DNA of 64,000 nt from a virus: the IMG/VR virus record IMGVR_UViG_3300024339_000005; one strand, written 5' to 3'. The notes beneath the pieces were generated by a model. That model saw only the letters and a program-made list of their open reading frames with translations, was not told where the DNA came from and made no database searches. The translations under genes were made by a program, and so were the position numbers. Shown one piece after another: positions 8,740 to 18,254 of the stretch (position 1 is its first letter; the number at the start of each line of letters is the position of its first letter).

Positions 8740-9181
8740 GTATCTTTGTTTTACTTCCTGGTTCAATTCCCTCTAAGATCTTCTTGAATATTCGTCTATC
8801 TGCTTCTTTTCTAGTATCTGGTTGAATTCCAGATTCTTCGGCAAGATCGAATTCTGCTTTCAATTCTTCAACTGTATCTTCATCAAACACAGGTTCCAAT
8901 TCATCAAAATACTTATGGTAATAATCTTCCAGTGAGTCGAGTATCGGAGCGATTGCGACGATGTTCATCAGCGGCACCGGGACAACTTGCCCTACGGGCG
9001 TTGGAATCCATTTAGCGAGATATGAATAATATCCATCGCGAGGGTTAGGGTCGCGTGGTAGCATGACTTTCAAGGCGTTTGTTATGTAAACATAAATCTC
9101 GTCATCTTCCACGATTTGAGCAATAATATCTTCACCGTTCATCAACTTAAAATAGCGAATTTGACCTATCAGATCGTTCAT
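8735..9181 (-). CDS. conserved hypothetical protein (Sm-like fold) downstream of uvsW
   Basis: YFKLMNGEDIIA motif; position typical of T4-like phages. Confidence 0.7.
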   Translation of the reverse strand: MNDLIGQIRYFKLMNGEDIIAQIVEDDEIYVYITNALKVMLPRDPNPRDGYYSYLAKWIPTPVGQVVPVPLMNIVAIAPILDSLEDYYHKYFDELEPVFDEDTVEELKAEFDLAEESGIQPDTRKEADRRIFKKILEGIEPGSKTKIH

Positions 9182-10625
9182 TTAATTCTACCTTATATAA
9201 GCGGTATGAGAGTTTTTCACTGGAATAGATTTTGATTCTTTCCAGGAAATGGTTCAACGTGTAGTTTCGTTTGGTCTTGTAACTTAGGTCGTCTGCTATA
9301 TCGAAAAGAACCGCCTGAGTTTTTGTATCTGACCGACGCAGGCTGCGGCCCAACGATTGCAAGTTTCTAATACGAGACTTGGAAGGACTAGCAAGTATAA
9401 GATTATGTAGATTGACAATGTTAATACCAGTTGAGAAAGTACCGTAAGAAGCCACAATAATAGCATCAGACTCCATTTCAGTAATAGCCCGAATCGATTC
9501 CCTAGTTTCTGCATCAGTTCCGCCATGAACGAAAAAGACTTTTCTACCTTTTGCTGTATGTGCTTGGATATCATCAAACAAAATCTTTCCATGTTTCTCG
9601 ACAAATTGAAATAGCAACAAAGTATTGCCTTTCAATGAAAGAGCCAGATTCCTCAAGAACCTATTTCGTGGTTCGTATGACGTAAGGAAATCCATTTCCT
9701 CTTGGTATTTATGCTTTTTATTTTCCGCTTTTAAAGCGTCTGGATATTGAAGCACAATGGCTTTGATTTTTAATTCGGCGATATGACCCTGGTCGATCAA
9801 TTCCTTGGTGCTGATAACCTTATTCACTCGCCCGAATAAACCCTCAAGTACCAGTTTGTGCGTTTCAGAACCATCGAGGGTTCCTGTCAAACCAAATCTG
9901 TTGGTCACATCGGTCATTTTCTCAAGGATACTGGTCAATGATTTCGCTTTGAATAGGTGAGCCTCGTCACCAATCACAACATCAAACTGGTCAAAGTAGG
10001 CTTTAGGCATTTTATAAGCCGACTGCCATGTGGTGATGTACGTCTGTTGCGGTGCGTCTTTATCCTTACCAGCCATGATAAGGTGCGTTTCATATTCGCC
10101 CTTTGAATACTCCAAAAAGTCGGTACTCATCTGGTGGACCAGCGAAGTGGTCGGTACGATCACAAGGGCTTTCTTGTCGTAGTACCGCAACAACAGATAT
10201 ATGATAAGGGATTTGCCTGAGGCTGTCGGCGACAGTAGCAATTGTCGGCGTTCTCTTACGCAATCAACAAAAGCCTTATATTGGTAATCTCTCGGTATTT
10301 TTGCCAGACGCAGGGAGTTGACAAAATCAACAGCCTCGCTTGCAGAAAATTCAGCATTGCCTTGTAAGCCCTCGTAGGTGATTTCGTAATCCCTATCGGC
10401 TGCGAACTTTTCAATATACGGTACAAGACCATAGTAGATGTTCTGGTTGCCGTAGTTGAACAAGCGTATGTACCCATCCCAATAACCGTTTTTTACGGCT
10501 GGAATGAAATGGGCGTTCTCTACCTTAAACTGAAAGTAATCGGTGAGTTCTTGGGCCATCCATTTCTCACAGTGGATTTTCACATATACTTCACTGATTT
10601 TTGATATCGTTAATTTATCTGTCAC
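9147..10625 (-). CDS. uvsW: RNA-DNA/DNA-DNA helicase UvsW
   Basis: PRDYQ, SPTASGKS, DEAH, GLTGT, QSLGRSLR. Confidence 0.97.
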   Translation of the reverse strand: MTDKLTISKISEVYVKIHCEKWMAQELTDYFQFKVENAHFIPAVKNGYWDGYIRLFNYGNQNIYYGLVPYIEKFAADRDYEITYEGLQGNAEFSASEAVDFVNSLRLAKIPRDYQYKAFVDCVRERRQLLLSPTASGKSLIIYLLLRYYDKKALVIVPTTSLVHQMSTDFLEYSKGEYETHLIMAGKDKDAPQQTYITTWQSAYKMPKAYFDQFDVVIGDEAHLFKAKSLTSILEKMTDVTNRFGLTGTLDGSETHKLVLEGLFGRVNKVISTKELIDQGHIAELKIKAIVLQYPDALKAENKKHKYQEEMDFLTSYEPRNRFLRNLALSLKGNTLLLFQFVEKHGKILFDDIQAHTAKGRKVFFVHGGTDAETRESIRAITEMESDAIIVASYGTFSTGINIVNLHNLILASPSKSRIRNLQSLGRSLRRSDTKTQAVLFDIADDLSYKTKRNYTLNHFLERIKIYSSEKLSYRLYKVELNERSDRSNSLF

Positions 10626-11065
10626 CCGGAGCCTTGTGTAAATTTCTGGAACGCGATTGCGTGTCCTATTGCAAAGGAACGGTTATTGATACTGCGAAGA
10701 ATTTCCTCTATGAACTTCAATTTCTGTTCTTGAATGTTCAACAATTCACTGTGCCGAATAACCTCTACATCATTATAGACATATTTATCTGCACCGGAAT
10801 TCGACTTGGCCGCTTGGATGCCATCATAAGCCCAACCCAGGTCATCCAATTCCTCACGGTCCATTTGACCAAGATAGAAACGGCGCTTGTTGGATTCGAG
10901 GCGTTTGTTGTCGGCATCTAATTTGACCCACCGAAGGCGTTCTTCATTCCAAATTTTCAGGTACTTATTATGAAGCGACGGTATGTTAGCCGCTTCAGTA
11001 TCAAGATCGTATTTGTCAATGGCGCAATCGGCATCCCATGACTCTTGTAATGCTGTAAGGTTCAT
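10622..11065 (-). CDS. uvsY: recombination mediator UvsY
   Basis: IPSLHNKYL, RFYLG, INNRSFAIGHAIAFQKF; adjacent to uvsW. Confidence 0.92.
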   Translation of the reverse strand: MNLTALQESWDADCAIDKYDLDTEAANIPSLHNKYLKIWNEERLRWVKLDADNKRLESNKRRFYLGQMDREELDDLGWAYDGIQAAKSNSGADKYVYNDVEVIRHSELLNIQEQKLKFIEEILRSINNRSFAIGHAIAFQKFTQGSG

Positions 11066-11286
11066 TGTTCATTCCCTCTCAGTTTTGCAATGGCGGTCTT
11101 GATCATGCCGCCAGTGTCATAGGTATAGCCTAAGGATATCTGAGCAGCATCCAGCACAATCTCCAGCGCCTCTTTGTCTAACTGTGGCTTTTTATCCGGC
11201 TCAAGCATCTTCAAGCGTTCTTCCATAAGCTCAACCTTGCGCTCAAGCTGTGCCACTCTGGTTTGTGTCTCGGGTACGTTTGCCAT
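11062..11286 (-). CDS. hypothetical coiled-coil protein
   Basis: ATGA overlap with uvsY. Confidence 0.6.
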   Translation of the reverse strand: MANVPETQTRVAQLERKVELMEERLKMLEPDKKPQLDKEALEIVLDAAQISLGYTYDTGGMIKTAIAKLRGNEQ

Positions 11287-11304
11287 GTTTACGCCTCGCT
11301 CGTT

Positions 11305-11502
11305 TTAGAAAGTGTCGAATGGGTTATCGGCATGAGTGCCGAAACTGTAGCCGCGATGATCTGGCTTTGGTTCTGGTCTGCGTTTCTCATGCCCACAGTT
11401 GACGCACTGCAATAGAATGGCGTCCTGATTTACCGGCTTGATAATATCCAGTGAGCCACACTTGCCGCACTTGACTGGCTTCCGTTCTTCAATGTGATAC
11501 AT
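11305..11502 (-). CDS. Zn-ribbon hypothetical protein
   Basis: CGKCGS and CVNCGH. Confidence 0.6.
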   Translation of the reverse strand: MYHIEERKPVKCGKCGSLDIIKPVNQDAILLQCVNCGHEKRRPEPKPDHRGYSFGTHADNPFDTF

Positions 11503-11692
11503 GACCTATCCTTTCGGCATCAAGTGTGTCTGTGATTTCGGCATACAAGCATGCTCCAGCACGTCTGACATCGTGGCTGGAATAGTTTGCAGGTGAGATT
11601 GCGCCAAGTGCCTCATGGACTGCTTGAAGCTCGATTGCCGTCAGTTCAACGCTGTAGGTTTTTATTTCAGTCTTTGGTGTGATCGTTGCCAT
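11489..11692 (-). CDS. hypothetical protein
   Basis: GAGGA Shine-Dalgarno upstream. Confidence 0.55.
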   Translation of the reverse strand: MATITPKTEIKTYSVELTAIELQAVHEALGAISPANYSSHDVRRAGACLYAEITDTLDAERIGHVSH

Positions 11693-11706
11693 TTCAAAAA
11701 TCCTCG

Positions 11707-12054
11707 TTATATCGTGCCCTTGTCGATCACTTCGACAAGTTCAACTTTTACAGAAACCATCCCGCAATCTTCGATACACTCCCGGCACTGTTTAGCGTTC
11801 TCAGGGGATGGATAGACCGTCACACCACCTCTGGCGTTATACAGTTCATGCTGAAAATCGGTCTGGCACATATAGCCAATGTCTGTATTTTCCGGGGGTG
11901 TGCTTAACGTTAAATCGCCGCTGATTGCCTCCAGCCGATCTGTAATCCCTAGCAATTCCGGGGTATTGGTCAGTTCGGCAATGTCTTCAACGTATGAGAT
12001 CAAATCACTCAAAGGCATGTTATAGACAGTTTCACGGGTAATTTCAGTCATCAC
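11707..12054 (-). CDS. hypothetical protein
   Basis: ORF in the packed run. Confidence 0.6.
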   Translation of the reverse strand: MMTEITRETVYNMPLSDLISYVEDIAELTNTPELLGITDRLEAISGDLTLSTPPENTDIGYMCQTDFQHELYNARGGVTVYPSPENAKQCRECIEDCGMVSVKVELVEVIDKGTI

Positions 12055-12200
12055 TTTCTCCTGTCTCCAAATCGGACGGCGGCTCTGGTAGCGGCATCCA
12101 GTCGGTAGGCTTGTTGTTCCAACCCCATAGCCAACAGAAATTCATCTGATAACTCACGGCTACCGGGGCCAACTTCAAGTCGTTCAATTAAATCGTTCAT
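12044..12200 (-). pseudogene. chimeric remnant with an out-of-frame DUF551-like C-terminus
   Basis: Frame 1 MNDLIERLEVGPGSRELSDEFLLAMG; shifted frame WGWNNKPTDWMPLPEPP. Confidence 0.45.
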
Positions 12201-12466
12201 TTTGGTTTCCTCATAATATTCATCATTTTATTTCGCATCCATGGCTGCGTCCGGCCACTATTCGTAAATCTGGCTGGCTCCGCAAGGGTAACCATAGCAA
12301 TTTCTTCTTGTACTCTTGGGCTTGCCGTCTTTAGTGGTTGAGTGTAATCAACACCTAGAATCCGCAACGCTAAACGATAAAGAATCCGCTGTAAAAAGCC
12401 CTGTGGTGGTTGGACTTTGGGAATGTGCCAAGCCTTCACGCCGGGTATCTTTTGCCATATAAGCAT
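12197..12466 (-). CDS. hypothetical protein
   Basis: 89-aa ORF. Confidence 0.5.
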   Translation of the reverse strand: MLIWQKIPGVKAWHIPKVQPPQGFLQRILYRLALRILGVDYTQPLKTASPRVQEEIAMVTLAEPARFTNSGRTQPWMRNKMMNIMRKPK

Positions 12467-12610
12467 TTTTTCTAAGTTTCTCTATCATTTTTAGGATCGC
12501 AGAGTTTGAAGGTACCGTAGCGTATACGCGGGCGTAAAGAGCCAACACGTTTGCCGTTCAGCATTTTAATAACGTCGGTTATCACTTGATTCATCATGTT
12601 ATCCTCACGG

Positions 12611-12622
12611 TATTTATAAATA
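12611..12622. promoter_or_regulatory. overlapping divergent late promoters (palindrome TATTTATAAATA)
   Basis: TATAAATA on + (12615-12622, upstream of gp3) and on - (12618-12611). Confidence 0.75.
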
Positions 12623-12644
12623 GAAGACAGAAAGGTTTTCAGAT

Positions 12645-13181
12645 ATGAGCGCATACGACAATCAACCAGACAACATCAATGGTATTACACCACTCAATTT
12701 CCGGTTCCAAATGAAGCGGTTACCTGGGGTAAACTATTTTGCCAAGTCTGCAACAATACCTGATATCACTCTGGGTGAACCACAACATGAAAACATGTTT
12801 GTTAGGATTCCTTTACAGGGTGATAAACTTACTTTCGCGCCTTTCAACTTACGTTTCATGGTCGATGAAGATCTGACCAACTATCTTGAAATCTATAATT
12901 GGATGATTGGTCTTGGCTTCCCCGACGATTTCTTACAGTCCATTCACAAAGCCCCAGGTGAAAAAATCAACGAGGCTAATTTACGCGGCGAGGGCACCGC
13001 ATCGGATGCCACTCTAACTCTCATGACCTCACACCGTAACCCCAATGTCGAGGTTACCTTTGTCGATATGTTTCCAATCAGCCTGTCTTCACTTGAATTC
13101 AATGTTGAAGAAACTGATATCCAGTACCTCCAGGCCGACGTTACTTTCGCTTATCGGAAGTTCTCTCTAAATGTTCTTTAA
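12645..13181 (+). CDS. gp3: tail completion/tube terminator protein
   Basis: FRFQMKRLPGVNYF, FMVDEDLTNYLEIYNWMIGLGFP, FPISLSSLEF. Confidence 0.9.
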   Translation: MSAYDNQPDNINGITPLNFRFQMKRLPGVNYFAKSATIPDITLGEPQHENMFVRIPLQGDKLTFAPFNLRFMVDEDLTNYLEIYNWMIGLGFPDDFLQSIHKAPGEKINEANLRGEGTASDATLTLMTSHRNPNVEVTFVDMFPISLSSLEFNVEETDIQYLQADVTFAYRKFSLNVL

Positions 13182-13252
13182 TGGAGGTATATAACGGGTA
13201 GCCAATCATCATCCAACAAAGAAACAAGAAACCGAAAATTTGAACCAGAGCC

Positions 13253-14359
13253 TCAAACATCGCGTTTGCCGTCCCACATGTGGTACATTACAGGGAACCG
13301 TGGAACACCAGTTGACGACAGGTTTTGAAAACGAATCGTTGCGTCTGAACCAACATGCTTGTCAGCATTGACCAGCAATTGCTTGCAAAACTCACGGTCG
13401 CCTTTGATCCCGGCATTGAATGTCTCGCCGTTAGCCAACTTACAGGTCACAGCCTTACCGTAACCAGTCCAGTTTCCTTGGCCCTCAACAACAGCGACAA
13501 CCTCATATTCCTCATCTTGAAACTCTTTCCGTTTCAACAGGCTCTTGGTTCGCTTGCCTTCATAGAGCGACGAACCAATGCGAAGCATTTGACCTTCTTG
13601 GCCAGCCTCAAGGTAACCCTGGTACAACTGGTCCATTTGCTCTTGGTTTTCCACCTTGTCTGTGGGTGTAACCACAACAGACGGCACATCCTCCATTAGA
13701 TATGTCAAAATATCGAAACGGGTTTCAAAATCCGTATTCAAGTCGATAATGTCATAAACCCAATATTGGAGATTCGCTTTGCTTTCAGCCAGTTGTTCGG
13801 CATTAGGCTTGGCTTTTTTAGCCAGTGAAATCAATTTTTCAAAGTCGTCCCGCAAATGGCTTGCATAAAGTTCGCCATCGAAGACCATTGTGGGGTCACG
13901 TTGGAATTCATCATGTAAGGCTTCAAAGATATGAGGCGCAGAATTGATAGGTTTTCCACCGCGGCTCCACATGCCATCTTTATTGACGATACAGCGCATA
14001 CCATCTAATTTCGGTTGGCTATACAGATCGTCAAAATCAACCGTGGTAGACGGTCCGTAAGTCGCAGCCAGCATAGCTTTCACGAACTTGGCCTTGTCGC
14101 AATCCTCAATACTTCGGTGGTAATGGTTTTCCAACTTTTTGTCATAAGCGGATTGAGCCTGTTTTAAGGCTTGCTCCTCGTCGGTAGTCTCATTTGCTTT
14201 GCCGGGATTCTTACCGAAACACGCGGTCCATTTTGACGTTTGCTTTTTGCCATCAGTCTGACCGCTTACGGTACGATAGGCACTGCCTTCAACTTCGATT
14301 CGCCACTGTTGAATTTTACCAGCAGAGGTGCGTTTGTAAATGTTTGGAAATGTTTTCAT
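13253..14359 (-). CDS. ATP-dependent DNA ligase with WGR-like N-terminal domain
   Basis: KLDG adenylation motif (QPKLDGMR), FDGELY, EGQMLR, LLKRK, PRFP. Confidence 0.92.
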   Translation of the reverse strand: MKTFPNIYKRTSAGKIQQWRIEVEGSAYRTVSGQTDGKKQTSKWTACFGKNPGKANETTDEEQALKQAQSAYDKKLENHYHRSIEDCDKAKFVKAMLAATYGPSTTVDFDDLYSQPKLDGMRCIVNKDGMWSRGGKPINSAPHIFEALHDEFQRDPTMVFDGELYASHLRDDFEKLISLAKKAKPNAEQLAESKANLQYWVYDIIDLNTDFETRFDILTYLMEDVPSVVVTPTDKVENQEQMDQLYQGYLEAGQEGQMLRIGSSLYEGKRTKSLLKRKEFQDEEYEVVAVVEGQGNWTGYGKAVTCKLANGETFNAGIKGDREFCKQLLVNADKHVGSDATIRFQNLSSTGVPRFPVMYHMWDGKRDV

Positions 14360-14533
14360 TTTTCAACACCAACCATATATGAGTACAGGGTCTTGCCATC
14401 TTGATTGGCAAGAAATTCCGCGATAGCGGGAACGGGATTTACCGAACCATATCCGCCATGCCAGTCGCGCCATTGGCGCGCTGTATCGGTATATTCGACG
14501 GCTTCTTCGGCGGCGAGTTTTCTAGTTTTGTCA
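14356..14533 (-). pseudogene. small gene with a 1-nt frameshift in an A run
   Basis: GAGGA then ATG ACA AAA CTA GAA AAC; one extra A gives MTKLEKLAAEEAVEYTDTARQW...VGVEK*, whose TGA overlaps the ligase ATG. Confidence 0.5.
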
Positions 14534-14541
14534 TGGTATCC

Positions 14542-14760
14542 TCAATCGTTAAAGACCAGCAGGCTGACACAGCCCCCGGCTTGTTTGTAAACGAAATGAC
14601 CAGCGTCGTTTTGATAATCCAACACAAAAGGCAATTCGTTACCCATGCTGGTATTCATTGCCATAGGCCATGCGCCAGGGGCTAGCCCGAGGTCAGAGGC
14701 GTCAACGCAATATTCTTCAATACCGGATGATTTCCAAACCATATCATACGTGATTTTCAT
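14542..14760 (-). CDS. hypothetical early protein
   Basis: Second gene after the promoter at 14980-15008; DASDLGL.PG.WP motif. Confidence 0.6.
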   Translation of the reverse strand: MKITYDMVWKSSGIEEYCVDASDLGLAPGAWPMAMNTSMGNELPFVLDYQNDAGHFVYKQAGGCVSLLVFND

Positions 14761-14942
14761 AATTCAATATCCGTTAGTTCGCGGGCAATTTCTTCCAGAT
14801 CCCACATTTCAAGATGTTTCAAAGCGTGTTTGAAAAATTGCGCCTTATCATAGTCGCTGGCGAAATCATATTTGATTGCCAATGCGAGTCGCAATTCATA
14901 TTCGGCTTCTGCTTTTTCTAAATCAGTCAATGTCATTTTCAA
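14757..14942 (-). CDS. hypothetical early protein
   Basis: GGGAGA Shine-Dalgarno and TTG start after a sigma70 promoter. Confidence 0.55.
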   Translation of the reverse strand: MKMTLTDLEKAEAEYELRLALAIKYDFASDYDKAQFFKHALKHLEMWDLEEIARELTDIEL

Positions 14943-14979
14943 TCTCCCTTTCTCTCTTGGTTCTTGATCTTACTATTTG

Positions 14980-15008
14980 ATCATGCACCATTTCTGACCA
15001 AATGTCAA
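14980..15008 (-). promoter_or_regulatory. sigma70-type early promoter
   Basis: TTGACA (15008-15003), 17 nt, CATGAT (14985-14980). Confidence 0.7.
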
Positions 15009-15014
15009 GTGTTT

Positions 15015-15548
15015 TTATACCTTTTTTGCTGTGAATCCTTTGCTTTTTCCATATTTTATGAGATTTCCCTGGTCTACACCACGCGCCCCTGACCACTCCC
15101 TTAGGTTGACAATGACGTAGGGTTCTCCACCAGGTTCTGATACCAAGAATTGTTTAGAATTTCCTGCGCCAATAGCGTCTTTTCTCTCTTGGCTGTGTTT
15201 CTTGCCTCTATGTTTATCAGCAATCTTGTCCCGGGTTTCTTGTGATACTGGTTTGCCCCGGTGCTTTTCCCTGTTATTTTCAAGTTGCTCCTCGGTCCAG
15301 ATTCCGGTCTTCCCCTTATTCCAGGGTATGCTACCAGTCATGCGCTCTTTATGTGCGGCACGGTGCGCTTCTGCATTTGTGATTTGACCAGATAAACATT
15401 TCCAAGCAATACGGTCATATTCGTTACCATATTCTTCATAGAGTTTTCTATGCGCTTCGGCATGTTCTGGTATGGTTAGGAGAATGAGATTCGGTGGATC
15501 ATCGGTGCCACCTGAGTGTCTCGGTATTATATGATGTTTGTGTTTCAT
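15015..15548 (-). CDS. HNH homing endonuclease with NUMOD3 repeats
   Basis: HKHHIIPRHSGGTDDPPNL...EHAEAH; PWNKGK, HRGKKHSQE. Confidence 0.88.
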   Translation of the reverse strand: MKHKHHIIPRHSGGTDDPPNLILLTIPEHAEAHRKLYEEYGNEYDRIAWKCLSGQITNAEAHRAAHKERMTGSIPWNKGKTGIWTEEQLENNREKHRGKPVSQETRDKIADKHRGKKHSQERKDAIGAGNSKQFLVSEPGGEPYVIVNLREWSGARGVDQGNLIKYGKSKGFTAKKV

Positions 15549-15553
15549 ACTTT

Positions 15554-15561
15554 TATTTATA
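15554..15561 (-). promoter_or_regulatory. T4-type late promoter
   Basis: TATAAATA only 5 nt upstream of the HNH ATG. Confidence 0.75.
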
Positions 15562-15615
15562 CATCAAGTTGAACACAACGAGTTCACAAATTGTTACCAT
15601 CTGAAACATTTAGAC

Positions 15616-15645
15616 AAAAAAAAGGCGCTCCCGAAGGAACGCCTT
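15616..15645 (-). terminator. Rho-independent terminator after gp23
   Basis: AAGGCGTTCC-TTCG-GGAGCGCCTT followed by a T run; C(UUCG)G tetraloop. Confidence 0.92.
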
Positions 15646-15667
15646 GATTTCTTTTGGTAAAACAAAC

Positions 15668-17029
15668 TCACATGAGATTGTCGACCGCAATAATTCTGTA
15701 ATAAGAGTTCTTATTAGCGAACGATACAACACCATCGGCTGCCGAAGTCGCATATGGGTTAGCAACAAGGCCATACCTGGTCTTGAATCCGATTTTGGGC
15801 TGGAACGTATTCTCGCCAATAGCGCGAACCATTTGTAGTGGCACGTATGGGCAATAGAACATACCGGCATCAAAAGGACTTGAACCTTTATAACCAACAG
15901 TAGCATACTGGATACCAGATGTGGCTGCAAAGTAAGGGTCGATATAAACCTTGAACTGACCGTTCAGGTTACCAACGAAGGTGTTGCCTGTGTCGTCAGA
16001 GGTGATGCTGTTGTTCAAAGCAGGTGATGTATCAAGAACACCAGCCATGTTCAATGCAGAGGCAACGTCACTTGAACAAACAAGCATGTTACCTTTACCA
16101 CGACGAGTAGCCTTGGCAATTGCGTTGGCTTCGCGCTCCAATTGGAACATCAAGCCCTTGAACTTTTCAACAGACCAACGTCCGTTTGCGTCTTGGTCAA
16201 GATCGAATGTACCAGCAGAAGCGACGTTTTCTTGGGCGCCGATTGTAGCAGAGATATTGATCTTACGAACCATTTCGCGGTTGATTTCAGCCAGGATTTC
16301 TGTTGACAGAATGTTAGACAATTCTGTTTCAGCATCCAAACCATGAACGGCTTTCAAGTCTTGAGCCAATTCCATGGTGTATTCAGCTTTAAGCGCACGA
16401 CTAAGGGCTGTCACGGTGATTTTCTCGATTGAGAAAGCCATTTCAGGGAAGTCATGTGTTGTTGCTTCGCCAAGTCTTTCAGCAAGTGCTGTTGACATAG
16501 CGGTAGCGGCTGTGTAAGTGTCACCGTCGACAGGTGTCGCAACAGGTGAAGAACCAAGTTGGTTGTTAGCAACAAGAGCCATCGCAGCATTACCAGCAGC
16601 AGCGGCTGAGAATGTTGTGTTTGCTTCGTTATGAAGTGCTTCAGTACCAGTTTGGTTGGTGTAGCGTGAACGCATAGCAAAGATAAGTCCGGTTGGACCA
16701 GTCATAGGCTGAACGCCCATCATATCAAAAGCCATTAGGTTCGGTGCAGCACGGCGAAGTAGTGAAATCAACACTGGATCGAAAATGTCGATAGCGCCGT
16801 CGCCAGCAGTAGAAGAAGAAGCACCCATGTTGTTCGTTGGTGCAGCTTCCAATAGAGATTGTGGTCCACGGTAGCCACCATTGCCAGCGGCATTGGTACG
16901 GGCATCCGTTTCTTGGTTCTCTAGCAGAGTTGCGATAACCGAGCGTTTGTGAGCATCCTCGATCTTAGGTAGATCGGGGTGTTCTATTACTGGCTGCCAC
17001 TTCTCTTGTAGTTCGTGATTGAGCAACAT
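15668..17029 (-). CDS. gp23: major capsid protein
   Basis: LLENQE, FDPVLISL, GVQPMTGPTGLIFAMRSRY, YCPYVPLQM, QPKIGFKTRYG. Confidence 0.99.
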   Translation of the reverse strand: MLLNHELQEKWQPVIEHPDLPKIEDAHKRSVIATLLENQETDARTNAAGNGGYRGPQSLLEAAPTNNMGASSSTAGDGAIDIFDPVLISLLRRAAPNLMAFDMMGVQPMTGPTGLIFAMRSRYTNQTGTEALHNEANTTFSAAAAGNAAMALVANNQLGSSPVATPVDGDTYTAATAMSTALAERLGEATTHDFPEMAFSIEKITVTALSRALKAEYTMELAQDLKAVHGLDAETELSNILSTEILAEINREMVRKINISATIGAQENVASAGTFDLDQDANGRWSVEKFKGLMFQLEREANAIAKATRRGKGNMLVCSSDVASALNMAGVLDTSPALNNSITSDDTGNTFVGNLNGQFKVYIDPYFAATSGIQYATVGYKGSSPFDAGMFYCPYVPLQMVRAIGENTFQPKIGFKTRYGLVANPYATSAADGVVSFANKNSYYRIIAVDNLM

Positions 17030-17059
17030 TGTTGTTCTCCTTTGGATGTATTGTACTCT

Positions 17060-17067
17060 TATTTATA
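17060..17067 (-). promoter_or_regulatory. T4-type late promoter (gp23)
   Basis: TATAAATA upstream of AAGGAGA and ATG. Confidence 0.85.
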
Positions 17068-17070
17068 AAT

Positions 17071-18210
17071 TTAGCGTTTTGTAGTGCGAGAAATGGCGTC
17101 CATATACGGGCTCATCGCTGGGTCCGCTTTTCGGGCTTCTGATTCGCTACCGTCGTCAATAGCTTCGTCAGATACTTCTTCACTTAGAACGACAACTTTG
17201 CCATCTGTTGGGAAATAACTTTCCTTCAGAGTAACAACTTTGTCACGATAATCATCTTCACTATCGAAATCAACGCCTTCGGCGAGTGCTTTCAATTTTT
17301 CTGCCTGAGTGTCAACGAGACCTTCAGTCACTTCCGCAACAATTTCAGCCATTGTCAGAGTGTCTTTTTCCTGACGAAGGTCGATAGAAGCATTCAATGC
17401 TTCATCTAATTGCGCTTCTAGATCTTGGTTACGAAGGGCCAATTCCTCAACAACGTCAACCTTTTCTTCGGGTACGTCAATGAAATGGTCTTCCAACAAG
17501 CCGTGTAGGCCAGTAATGAAAGATTCGGCTAGTTCGTTACGAATACCAGAATCGATAGCTAGTTCGTTTTCTGATACCCATTCTTCGCAAACATATTCAA
17601 GATATGTATCAACTTTTTGAGCCATTTCCGCCACAAGAGCATCACTGGTTTCAGTAAGTTCTGCTTCAGCCGCTTCTGCAATTTGCTGGGCAACTTCGTT
17701 AGCCTTAGCAACAACAGCGGCTTCAAAGATAGTAGTTGCAGTGGCTTTGAATTCCTCGGAAAGGTCTTCATCACCGAACATTGCAGCAACGTCGGCTGCA
17801 AGGTCAACATCTTCTTTGGTTACTTTTTTGAAAGGGTTTTCTTTTTTCTCGGACTTTTTATCGTCGTCGTCTTCATCGTCGTCATCATCTTCATCGTCGG
17901 CTTCAACGAGAGAACCCATGACGCCATCGAACATTGATTCAAGTTCGAGGGTGGATTTGTCTTTCATGCTGTCAATAACAGCATTAATCATATCCGCTTT
18001 AGTCAATTCTTCTTCGACTTCTTCGTTTTTCAACGCTTCTTTAGCAGAAATGGTTTCTTGGCTTTGGGCGCCTTTTTTCTTCTTGCCGTCAGCTTTTGGA
18101 TCTTCAGCGTTCTTACTTTTGTCAGAATCGCTAATTTCGGAGCCCTTCACAACAGGCGTGCCAGAATGGTCAGCCTTGAATTCGTCCAATTGTTCATCTT
18201 TGATAGACAT
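17071..18210 (-). CDS. gp22: prohead core scaffold protein
   Basis: LSEEFKATATTIFEAAV, VDTYLEYVCEEW, LKESYF; acidic. Confidence 0.95.
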   Translation of the reverse strand: MSIKDEQLDEFKADHSGTPVVKGSEISDSDKSKNAEDPKADGKKKKGAQSQETISAKEALKNEEVEEELTKADMINAVIDSMKDKSTLELESMFDGVMGSLVEADDEDDDDDEDDDDKKSEKKENPFKKVTKEDVDLAADVAAMFGDEDLSEEFKATATTIFEAAVVAKANEVAQQIAEAAEAELTETSDALVAEMAQKVDTYLEYVCEEWVSENELAIDSGIRNELAESFITGLHGLLEDHFIDVPEEKVDVVEELALRNQDLEAQLDEALNASIDLRQEKDTLTMAEIVAEVTEGLVDTQAEKLKALAEGVDFDSEDDYRDKVVTLKESYFPTDGKVVVLSEEVSDEAIDDGSESEARKADPAMSPYMDAISRTTKR

Positions 18211-18243
18211 TGTTACAGTCTCCTTAATGTATTACTTCAACAG

Positions 18244-18251
18244 TATTTATA
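18244..18251 (-). promoter_or_regulatory. T4-type late promoter (gp22)
   Basis: TATAAATA. Confidence 0.85.
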
Positions 18252-18254
18252 AAA

